Assembly: GCF_009914755.1 (NCBI RefSeq)
Contig: NC_060933.1
DNA from: the human T2T-CHM13v2.0 reference genome, Homo sapiens
Direction: 5' to 3' (one strand)
DNA length: 64,000 nucleotides
This document shows, piece after piece, positions 16,243 through 28,132 of this stretch (the stretch's first letter is position 1; the number at the start of each line of letters is the position of its first letter). Below the pieces are notes generated by a model that made no database searches, was not told the DNA's origin, and saw only the letters and a list, made by a program, of their open reading frames with translations. The position numbers were made by a program, and so were the translations under genes.

Positions 16243-17080
16243 GTAGGTAGATGCATGTCTCTATGCTAAATATTAAATAGAACCTTTCCCTGTCTTTTTC
16301 TTGGGTATGGCTCTATGTATTTATCCTACCATATATTAAACTCTGTGGATGATAATTTGCTTTGATTCATTATTTTTTTAACAGTCTGAAGCATCAAGCC
16401 CATTGGTGGCACATTATTTAAAGGTTCTATTTGAAATGCACATGACTCCCTCTAGTCATAAATTCTAAGCTGAGGAATGGAAGGCCAAAGGTGAAGAGAT
16501 CTTCATGTTCAACCCTCTTGTACTCATTCGGTATCTGACATACTGCCCTGCCATGTTTTTGTGACAAATGTATAGTAGAGTCTCACCACACGTGCTGGTG
16601 ATGTACTCACATTCAATTCCATTCACTGAGAGAGAGAGAAACAGTAATGCAGAATATTCTACACTGCCTCCCATTCTGTTCAGTGAGCCCAGGACTGAGT
16701 GAACTCAAGATGGAAAGATGCATGTGTTACTTCTTGTGGAGCTGATTCTGGAGCGTAAAGAGTAGTATTTCTTTCTCAGTGGGGGCAAAATGTAAACCAA
16801 CCACTTCAGCTGAGAAAGGACAGCTATAGGGGGTTGATTCAACTTTATGTGATTTCTGCCTCTGGTGCAGAATTCAGACCCTAATCATCAAATTAGCTAT
16901 GGCATTTTCTACTAGTCATATCTTCCTGTTCAGATTATAAACAATCTGAGGGTTGGGGGAAAGCAGCTTTTAGTATTTCCTCTCCTAGAAGTATCTTTAA
17001 AAAAAATCTCTCCCAATGGCAAGGAAGATACTTATTGACACAAAAGGATTTTATACATGATTCCTTGATTTTTCTTTCAG

Positions 17081-17151
17081 GAGATGATCGAAATATTGAA
17101 GAGGTTTATGTGGGCGGAAAGCAGGTGGTTCCGTTTTCCAGCTCAGTGTAA
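17081..17151 (+). CDS. GDA: GDA last canonical coding exon: (G)DDRNIEEVYVGGKQVVPFSSSV*, ending in class I PDZ ligand -SSV
   Basis: tttctttcag| acceptor at 17080; TAA at 17149-17151; GDDRNI..VYV.G is the conserved guanine deaminase C-terminal motif. Confidence 0.97.
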
Positions 17152-18805
17152 GACCCTCGGGCGTCTACAAAGTTCTCCTGGGATTAGCGTGGTTCTGCAT
17201 CTCCCTTGTGCCCAGGTGGAGTTAGAAAGTCAAAAAATAGTACCTTGTTCTTGGGATGACTATCCCTTTCTGTGTCTAGTTACAGTATTCACTTGACAAA
17301 TAGTTCGAAGGAAGTTGCACTAATTCTCAACTCTGGTTGAGAGGTTCATAAATTTCATGAAAATATCTCCCTTTGGAGCTGCTCAGACTTACTTTAAGCT
17401 CAAACAGAAGGGAATGCTATTACTGGTGGTGTTCCTACGGTAAGACTTAAGCAAAGCCTTTTTCATATTTGAAAATGTGGAAAGAAAAGATGTTCCTAAA
17501 AGGTTAGATATTTTGAGCTAATAATTGCAAAAATTAGAAGACTGAAAATGGACCCATGAGAGTATATTTTTATGAGGGAGCAAAAGTTAGACTGAGAACA
17601 AACGTTAGAAAATCACTTCAGATTGTGTTTGAAAATTATATACTGAGCATACTAATTTAAAAAGAGAACTTGTTGAAATTTAAAACGTGTTTCTAGGTTG
17701 ACCTTGTGTTTTAGAAATTTGCACTTAATGGAATTTGCATTTCAGAGATGTGTTAGTGTTGTGCTTTGCCTTCTTTGGGGATGAATGTCAGAAATTGAAT
17801 GCCACATGCTTTCATAATATAGTTTTGTGCTTCAAAGTGTTTGACAGAAGTTGGGTATTAAAGATTTAAAGTCTCTTAGGAATATTATTCATGTAACTCC
17901 ATGGCATAAATAGTTGTATTTTTGTGTACTTTAAAATCAACTTATAACTGTGAGATGTTATTGCTTCCATTTTATTAGAAGAGAAACAAATTCCATGCTT
18001 TATGGAATTTATGTAGACTGGAGTCTTCGTGAACTGGGGCAAATGCTGGCATCCAGGAGCCGCCAATACTAACAGGACAGGTTCCATTGCCATGGCCTAT
18101 TCCACCCAAACAATATGTTGTAGTTTCTGGAAATTCCATACTCAGATATCAGTCTGCTAGAACTTTAAAATGAAGGACAAATCCTGTTAAAGAAATATTG
18201 TTAAAAATCTTTAAACCCTGTGTATTGAAAGCACTCTATTTTCTAATTTTATCCAGTTTTCTGTTTAACTCCTTATAATGTTTAGGATATTAAAATTTTA
18301 GGATAATGAAGAGTACATAATGTCCTACTTAATATTTATGTTAATAGGACTTAATTCTTACTAGACATCTAGGAACATTACAAAGCAAAGACTATTTTTA
18401 TGCTTCCATAACCTAGAATTAAAACCAAATTATGACCTTATGATAAATCTTTAAGTATTGGTGTGAATGTTATTTAAATTCTATATTTTTCTTATTTAAT
18501 TACAAATACTATAAATGAGCAAGGAAAAGGAATAGACTTTCTTAATATATTATAACACTCATTCCTAGAGCTTAGGGGTGACTCTTTAATATTACCTTAT
18601 AGTAGAAACTTTATGTAATATAGCTAACTCCGTATTTACAGAACAAAAAAACACAGTTCCCCCTCCTGTAGTATAAATTTTATTTTCACATACTTAGCTA
18701 ATTTAGCAGTAATTGGCCCAGTTTTTTCCCTAATAGAAATACTTTTAGATTTGATTATGTATACATGACACCTAAAGAGGGAACAAAAGTTAGTTTTATT
18801 TTTTT

Positions 18806-18811
18806 AATAAA
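18806..18811 (+). terminator. Proximal polyadenylation signal AATAAA
   Basis: U-rich upstream (ttttatttttttt) and GU-rich downstream (gtttgttttgtg). Confidence 0.6.
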
Positions 18812-19557
18812 CAACAGAGTTTGTTTTGTGAGATAAGTATCTTAGTAAACCCAATTTCCAGTCTTAGTCTGTATTTCCAATATTTCTAATTCCTGAGCCA
18901 CGTCAAAGATGCCTTGCCAAATTTCTCCCCATTTCTCTACGGGGCTAGCAAAAATCTTCAGCTTTATCCCTCAACCCCTGCCAAAGGAACTTGATTACAT
19001 GGTGTCTAACCAAATGAGCAGGCTTAGGAATTTAGATGAGATGTGTAAGATTCACTTACAGGCAGTAGCTGCTTCTAGCATTTGCAAGATCCTACACTTT
19101 TACCTTCTTTAAGGGTGTACATTTTGATGTTGAACATCAGTTTTCATGTAGACTTAGGACTCATGTGCAGTAAATATAAATAAGTGTAGCATCAGAAGCA
19201 GTAGGAATGGCCGTATACAACCATCCTGTTAAACATTTAAATTTAGCTCTGATAGTGTGTTAAGACCTGAATATCTTTCCTAGTAAAAATAGGATGTGTT
19301 GAAATATTTATATGTACTTTGATCTCTCCACATCACTTATAACTTATGTGTTTTATTTCTCCAAGTGCGGTGTTCCTGAATGTTATGTATGCTTTTTTTT
19401 CTGTACCACAGGCATTATCTATACCTGGGGCCAGATTTTCTGCACTTTGAAATGTTGCCTTTGCCTAATGTAGGTTGACTTTCTGAATTGTGGAGAGGCA
19501 CTTTTCCAAGCCAATCTTATTTGTCACTTTTTGTTTTAATATCTTGCTCTCTGACAG

Positions 19558-19612
19558 GAAAGAAACAATTCACTTACCAGCCTCCTCACCCCATCCTCCA
19601 CCATTTCCTTAA
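19558..19612 (+). CDS. GDA: GDA alternative terminal coding segment: (V)KETIHLPASSPHPPPFP*, via intron 17148-19557
   Basis: Donor GT|gtaaga at 17148 overlaps the stop codon; acceptor atcttgctctctgacag| at 19557; in frame to TAA at 19610-19612. Matches my recollection of the C-terminus of a longer (471-aa) GDA isoform. Confidence 0.85.
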
Positions 19613-21005
19613 TGTTCCATGGTATTTTCAACGGAATACACTTTGAAAGGTAAAAACAATTCAAAAGTATCGATTATCATAAATTCACAAAATATTTTTG
19701 CAACCAGAACACAAAAGCAGGCTAGTCAGCTAAGGTAAATTTCATTTTCAAACGAGAGGGAAACATGGGAAGTAAAAGATTAGGATGTGAAAGGTTGTCC
19801 TAAACAGACCAAGGAGACTGTTCCCTAATTTATTCTCTTGGCTGGTTCTCTCATTGAATTATCAGACCCCAAGAGGAGATATTGGAACAGGCTCCCTTCA
19901 TGCCAAGGGTCTTTCTAAGTTAATACTGTGAGCATTGAGCCCCCATTAAAACTCTTTTTTACTTCAGAAAGAATTTTACAGGTTAAAGGGAAAGAAATGG
20001 TGGGAAACTCTCCCCGTAATGCTTAGCCAACTTTAAAGTGTACCCTTCAATATCCCCATTGGCAACTGCAGCTGAGATCTTAGAGAGGAAATATAACCGG
20101 TGTGAGATCTAGCAATGCATTTTGAATCTTCACTCCCTACCAGGCTCTTCCTATTTTTAATCTCTTCACCTCAGAACTAGACATATGGAGAGCTTTAAAG
20201 GCAAGCTGGAAGGCACATTGTATCAATTCTACCTTGTGCTATACGTAGGAGAGATCCAAAATTTGGATGCTTCTGGAGACTCTTAGACATCTTTTCATTG
20301 TTGTCCATTTTTAAAGTTGATGATTGCTGGAAACATTCACACGCTTAAAAGCAATGGTGTGAGTTATTAATGGGTAAACTAAGAAGTGTTATAGGCAATG
20401 ACTTGAAATGGTTTTTAAATTGTATGGATTGTTAAGAATTGTTGAAAAAAAATTTTTTTTTTTTGGACAGCTTCAAGGAGATGTTAGCAATTTCAGATAT
20501 ACTAGCCAGTTTAGGTATGACTTTGGAAGTGCAGAAACAGAAGGATACTGTTAGAAAATCCTAACATTGGTCTCCGTGCATGTGTTCACACCTGGTCTCA
20601 CTGCCTTTCCTTCCCACAGACCTGAGTGTGAAAGACTGAGAGTTGAGGAGTTACTTTGTGGATCTTGTCCAAATTTAGTGAAATGTGGAAGTCAACCAGA
20701 CCAATGATGGAATTAAATGTAAATTCCAAGAGGGCTTTCACAGTCCACAGGGTTCAAATGACTTGGGTAACAGAAGTTATTCTTAGCTTACCTGTTATGT
20801 GACAGTGATTTACCTGTCCATTTCCAACCCAAAAGCCTGTCAGAAAGCATTCTTTAGAGAAAACCACTTTACATTTGTTGTTAAACTCCTGATCGCTACT
20901 CTTAAGAATATACATGTATGTATTCATAGGAACATTTTTTCTCAATATTTGTATGATTCGCTTACTGTTATTGTGCTGAGTGAGCTCCTGTGTGCTTCAG
21001 ACAAA

Positions 21006-21011
21006 AATAAA
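21006..21011 (+). terminator. Distal polyadenylation signal AATAAA of GDA
   Basis: Followed ~20 nt later by ttttttgttgtg...tgtttggttttgttgtg, a strong downstream element. Confidence 0.85.
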
Positions 21012-21971
21012 TGAGACTTTGTGTTTACGTTATTTTTTGTTGTGAGTTCTCTCTGTTTGGTTTTGTTGTGAATTCTATCAATCTGCTGGAAGAGGAATTG
21101 ATTTTACAATGTTTTTCTTCTTTTAGCATGAATTTAAAAAAATAGAATAGAATACTCAGCTGTGAGCCAACATGTATCTAACATCCTATAATAGTCACTA
21201 TACATAGCTTTTAAAAATTAAGCTCGAATGTTCAGCCTTTTAGAAGCAGATTGCTATTGCTTTTGATTTCAGCATAGTGTATATTTTATATATTTTAAGA
21301 CATTACCCAGAGTGAGTAATGCACTCTATATGAAGAATCAGTTCACACAGACATATGTGCATGTGTATTTAAAACAAAAGTTTCACAGAAAAATACTTTC
21401 TCTATTTGTGATGCCCTGGGCTATTTTCTATACTATTTTAGTCTATGTCATTTTATTTTATTCTCTACTTTTTTATGGTGCTGATGATTCCCCAGTTGGT
21501 TTCTTGAGCTTCTAAGGAATCACCTGCAATTCAGAAGCAATATTCCAGTATCTTTTGATCTATGTTTGAATCTAAGTTTGGCCATTGCCTTGCTGGGTGG
21601 CAGATATGTTACTTTAAGTGTCCATTTCTAACTCTGTGATATGGAGATAATATGAGTGCCTGCCTTACAGTCATGAAGATTAAATAAAAGGATACATAGA
21701 CAGCACTTAAGCTAGCAGCTGGAACACAGTGAGTGCTCACTATCTGGTAGCTATTATCCTAAAAATTAATATAGACCAAATAAAAATAGAAATAATTTTA
21801 TAAATATTTTTATCAGTATATATTTTAGAATCTAAATCAAGTGATATTACGGATCCTCCTTTACACAGAAACACTTTGCATCTGATTTTTCAACAGTATT
21901 ATATATTCTTTTTTTATTTGTAATATGAAACATAAAGACAGTAGTAGATTAGGTCTATAAATTCATCCCAA

Positions 21972-22440
21972 TGTCTGAGCAGCTTACAGAACAAGTCTTC
22001 GGATTGCACTGGTGACCCAGCTCATCCCCTCTTTCTCTCTTGTAGTTCTCAGAATAACTGTAGAATGTGCTGGAAATGGAACATTCTCAGATAAGGAGGA
22101 ACTGGCCAGATCAAACTAAGCTGTGTTCCCATCCCTCCTGAAACAGGATCTTATGGTGCTTTAGCCCAGGACGTCAAGTATCCCCTAGGTATGAAACCCA
22201 GAGTGGAGCATGCTTTGAAGGTCCCTCAGCTACATGCAGACTAGACTGCATGTAGCTGACTCTAACTGCCCTGGGAAACTATCCTGAGCTTTGACAGACC
22301 TGCCATGAATCTTAAGCTTTTATTGTCCCTTGCTGCCTATCTGTGAGGAATAAAGTTGCTTCACTTACTTTGCTGTGTGATTGTTCTGTCTCACCAGACT
22401 CATGCGAGAGGTAGAAACTGCAGTCCCAAGATGCAGTGGG
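21972..22440 (+). mobile_element. ERVL-type solo LTR (LTR47-like)
   Basis: gaataactgtagaatgtgctgg...gataagggaggaactggcc motif, internal AATAAA near 22349; boundaries approximate. Confidence 0.6.
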
Positions 22441-22668
22441 CATGATGAAACTGCTTCCCACAAATTACTGAGCACTTTATTTTTCTCCTAAAGATCAATT
22501 TAGTATAAAATATCCAGAAAAGAAATTTCACATGCTTAATTTAGCAATAATGTATGTCCAGTTTGCACATTGTAGACACTGGGTATTACAACAGATAATA
22601 TATAAACGTGCAAATTATTGCATGGTACTAAATTCAGGATTTAAATTAAAAAAAAGATTTGGATATAA

Positions 22669-22777
22669 GAGTTAGTGGGTGCAGCACACCAGCATGTCAC
22701 ATGTATACATATGTAACTAACCTGCACATTGTGCACATGTACCCTAAAACTTAAAGTATAGTAATAATAAAAAAAAA
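22669..22777 (+). mobile_element. Extremely 5'-truncated young L1PA 3' end (~110 bp)
   Basis: gagttagtgggtgcagcacaccagcatg...taccctaaaacttaaagtata followed by an A tail; aaaaaaagat present on both flanks. Confidence 0.9.
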
Positions 22778-23819
22778 GATAAATACCTCCCAGTAGCAAA
22801 ACAGGACTTGTGTTATGGTGTTCTAAGACTCCATGAAGAGGCCACTTAGTTACTGGAACTACTGGAACAGAACTCACAGGTAACGCTCACCAATGGCAGC
22901 AGGTGTTTTGTTTTGTTTTCATCTTATTTTAAAACAGGATAAAAGGGAGATGTTCTCTGTCTTTGATATGACAGTATTTTAAAGTGTAATTAATTTTTTA
23001 AACTAATTCAGACTTATCACTTTTATCTCCAGCCCTGCCCTAACCTACTACCACATCATTGTAAGACTACATTGCATTTATCATACTTAAAAAATTGTTC
23101 ATGCGTCTATAATAGTTGAATCTAAATTTTGGAACAGGAGTATAGATAGAGAGATAAAAGCATTTTCTCTGTAGCAAAAACTTTGTTGGGAAATTCTTCA
23201 ATGGTAACTAAAAAAAGTAAAAAATAAATGTTTTCTCTCCAGTACAAAATGCAATTAAAAAAAAAACAAAAAAACAAAACAGATCACACAGAATTTCATA
23301 CTCCACTTGGGCCCTCCTCTATTGCCTGGCTTCTGTAGAGAGGAAGCAAACATTTGTTCCCTGTCTGTAGAAGGAGAACCCAAAGTCATAAGCAGTCAAA
23401 TCAAACTGCAGAAATAACGGCCCTGGAAGATGGTTATTTGGTCAGATGACATCCACTCACTTGAAAACTGAACTTGTAGCTTCACTGTGAAATTAACTTC
23501 TGTCCTTTTAGTCTGGGCCAGTCTCCAGATCAGACTTTTGGTTAACTGCTGTCAAATAAAACCCATAAGTGGATAATCCAAGCGAGAATTCTGTTTGTGT
23601 GTGTGTTTCAGATTTCTAAATTTGGTGCCCTGGAACACTTGAGAGACTTCAAATGGCCTTGGTGATTTTTGTTTTTGTTTTTCTTCCACAAAAGTTGGTT
23701 TCATCCACACCTGAGTTAAGGAACAAGTGAAGGATGGCTTTGTGTTTGTAAAGCGCTTTGAAAACCTTGACTGAAGCACAGCAACAGATAAAGGCAAGAA
23801 AGGCTTAATTTATCAAAGT

Positions 23820-24334
23820 ATTGCAGAACAGATGAGCCCTCAAATTGGAGCTTTGCCCAGGAAGGTTATCCGGGAAAGAATTCAGTGTTAGACAGCATCT
23901 TTTGTTGAACAGTACTGCTCCCTACAGAGCAGGGCTAACTCATAGGCAGTGCAGCTAAAGTTGACAACATATGAGTTCTTGGCAGCTGTATTTATACTCA
24001 CTTAAACCTGCTTTCAATTACATGCAAATTAACGGGTGGGTGGATGCAAATTGAGGGGCAGTTTGTTTAGAATTTTCTAGCAAAGGGGTAGTAACTTCCA
24101 GGTCATCCTCATAGCTTTTGTAAATTGTCATGGTGCTGGTGGGAGTGTCTTATGCTAATGAGCAATGAGGGCATCTATGGATTGCTTTGGTAGCCATCTG
24201 CTGGTTCCTACCAGTTTCTTCACTTTATCCTGTTTAGACCAGATCCTGTTTTGGTCAGCAAGGTTGTGACCAGAAAACAAGGTTTAGACTAGATCCTGTT
24301 TTGGTCAGCAAGGTTGTGCCTGTCTCCTACCTCA
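23820..24334 (-). mobile_element. MER50-like ERV1 solo LTR
   Basis: Reverse complement begins TGAGGTAGGAGA...cacaaccttgctgaccaaaacaggatct; left boundary approximate. Confidence 0.65.
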
Positions 24335-26448
24335 AAAGGTTACTCAAAAAGATAAATTAAGGGGCTCAGAAATACAAGTGCACACACTTCTTTCAATTCA
24401 TGAACTTTCTTAGTGGAACTATGAAAGATGAATTGGCAACTTACGTATTTTGGACTAATTTATATAACCACAACAAACCCTCCAGCATCATAAACGTGTC
24501 CTGGCATAATGCAATGGCATGCTATCCATCCCGTAAAATCTCATGGTAGTGACTCAGAAACGTGGGGGTAAAAGAGAAGCTATGGAGTTTAGGTTGTTTG
24601 TTTATTTATTAAAGCTGGGTAATAGGCTTTTTATGTCATCCAGGACAATTTTGCAATCTCTTATGGATGTATTATTTATTGTAACTTATGGGGGAAACTC
24701 ATGATGAGACTCACATTCCCTAGAAAATTTTCACATTCCCTAGAAAATTATTGCCCAGACTAAATAAGAAGTCAGTATAAATGCATATAAAATACTCATT
24801 TAATGTTGTTTGTAGTACTGTAGACCATTTAACATGGCATAATTTAATCCAAAAGAAATTATAATTAATCAGTCAGTTTGCTCTGAAATATACTTGGCTG
24901 TTCTCTTATGCTTTTTATGTCTTTGTAAATTTCATACTTAAAAAAGGTTAATTAGTTGGTTTTTTGAAAGATTTAAAAATGGTTAATTAGTTGGTTTTTT
25001 GAAAGATAGAAATCTGTACCTGCAGAAAACAAAATAATGGCCTATTAAGTCATATTTAATTTACTAATCATGAAGTTGTAAATTTTAATCAACATTCATT
25101 TAAGCAACATTTCATAATAAATACCAGGTATGGGTCAGTTCTGAGGGTTAAAAATAACATTCATCTCTTTGAAGAACTCACAGTCTGGGATGGGAGGTGA
25201 GAGGAAACACATAGACAATATGTTATGTTTATGACAGATGTATAGAGAGCTAAGGGTGTTTAAGGGGGAAACTGGTTCTGTTGGGTACATAGTCCGCAGA
25301 GAATACATAGGGCTAAGTGTGGTGGTGAATCTTTCACAGAAGTGACATCTAAGCCTGGAAGAAGAGTAGGAATTTATTTTCCATGTGAAAACTCAAAAAG
25401 GTATTTCGAGTAGAGCGTTCAGCATGAGCAATAGCAGCTCATCATAAAGACTTGACTTCTGGAAAAGTAAGATAAGAATGAAGTGGATGAATCCAGTCTT
25501 CGTAAGAATCACCATGGGTGTTGGTTCAAAATGAAGGTTTCCAGGCCCTTGTCCCTATACATTCTGATTCAGTAGGTTTGTCCTGGGGCCCAAGAATTTG
25601 CATTACCAACAAATACCTTGGTATGGTCAGGCAGTGGGTGTAGTGAGGAGAGTCATCCTGGGTATGACAAGGACCAGGTATAATCAGGTGTGTAAGCTAA
25701 TGAAGAGAAGGCACCAGGCTCACTGAGTGCAGAAACTGTGGGTCTCACGTACATTGGTGGTTTTCCTATTCACTGGCAGATAACTGTTGTTGTTTCCCAG
25801 GCTGATCTTGATATCCTGGTCTCAAGTGATCCTCCCACCTCAGCATTCTAAAGTGCTAGGATTACAGACATGAGCTACTGCACCCAGCCAATTGGAGGCC
25901 TTGCCCCAGCAGGTGGGGAAGGAAATGCCAGCCAAGTTCCCACCACATGCAGAAACCTGAGAGGGTGAACCCTACCCATCAACACCTGGAGACCTTTTCC
26001 TGACTCTGGGACCCGCGACAGACAGAGTAGCCCCTGCATGGGTGACTCCCTGATTCCCACGAGGCCCCAGGGCTGCCGTGGCTCCTGCTGCTCCACATAT
26101 TGTGGGGCACCTTGATAGCCGAGGTTGCCTTAAGTTACCTCCAGCTTTGTTTCTGTCACCTGCAAATCAAAGAGCCCAGCCTAAAATCCTCTGTAGCCTT
26201 CTTATTTCCCCCACGGTGAGTACATTCTTTAGAGATAGGATATAAACTTTGAAATGACCATTTTCTTTTTAAATGAATGATAAACCATTGTTCCTTCATT
26301 AGGCATGTGGCCACTCTCTACCCTCTCGCAAGCCTTGCCAGAGATGCCATCCTCCACTTCCACTGGGCACCTGGAGCCTGAACCTGGAATCTTCCAAGAC
26401 CCCAGATCAGCCTCTGCTGACAGTTCTCTTGTAAAGATACTGAGGATA

Positions 26449-26777
<329 letters not shown>

Positions 26778-26838
26778 TCATGACAGAATCCTAGTGACAT
26801 ACTAAGAGAGGGAGATGTTGTTTAATGAAATAAATGGA

Positions 26839-27173
<335 letters not shown>

Positions 27174-27771
27174 TCAGTCAAAAATGACCTGTTTTCTCTG
27201 CAGAGGCAGTCACACTTCTGAAGATGACTTCGTGGACTGGAGACCAATTGCAGGGCACCCTTGGGAGCCATGAGCTGGACGGGACAGGGCAACATGATAT
27301 AAAGAGTCTGGGCCACTTAAGTTACCACTGGGGGAGAGTCTTCCCCTGATTCAGGAATACATGGATTGGAATGGGGCAGCTGGCCCCAAAGAAAATCTGT
27401 GAAATGTTAAGACATTGCTAATTCAGTTATTGAAATCCAGGGCTGTTAGTTTATGCCCTTGTTGAGGTCTTTCAGGGCTCTGTCCCTGCCCACCTGGACT
27501 GACCAAACACAAACGGGTGGAGGACCTTTCAGTGGACAGAGGTCCTGTGACCTTTGTAGGTGGGATCAAACTTTCCCTGCTGCCAAAGGAAGCTTGGACT
27601 CGGAAGAAAGAGCCTCACCCATGGGTGTGGACACAGGTCTTCTGCTGCAGTGTGCCCCACCATTACTACCTGACATGCTTGTGGGCACAGAATGGGTAAT
27701 GACATGGCACTGCTTTAGCTTCTAGGCTTCTTGCAGGGCCAGCCAGGGATTGGGATGGTCAGAGCTCATGA

Positions 27772-28132
<361 letters not shown>

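Larger units (their letters stand above)
17152..21032 (+). other. GDA: GDA 3'UTR (~3.9 kb, AT-rich, no obvious interspersed repeats)
   Basis: Runs from the stop codon to the distal AATAAA (21006-21011) and its GU/U-rich downstream element; exact cleavage site inferred. Confidence 0.8.
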
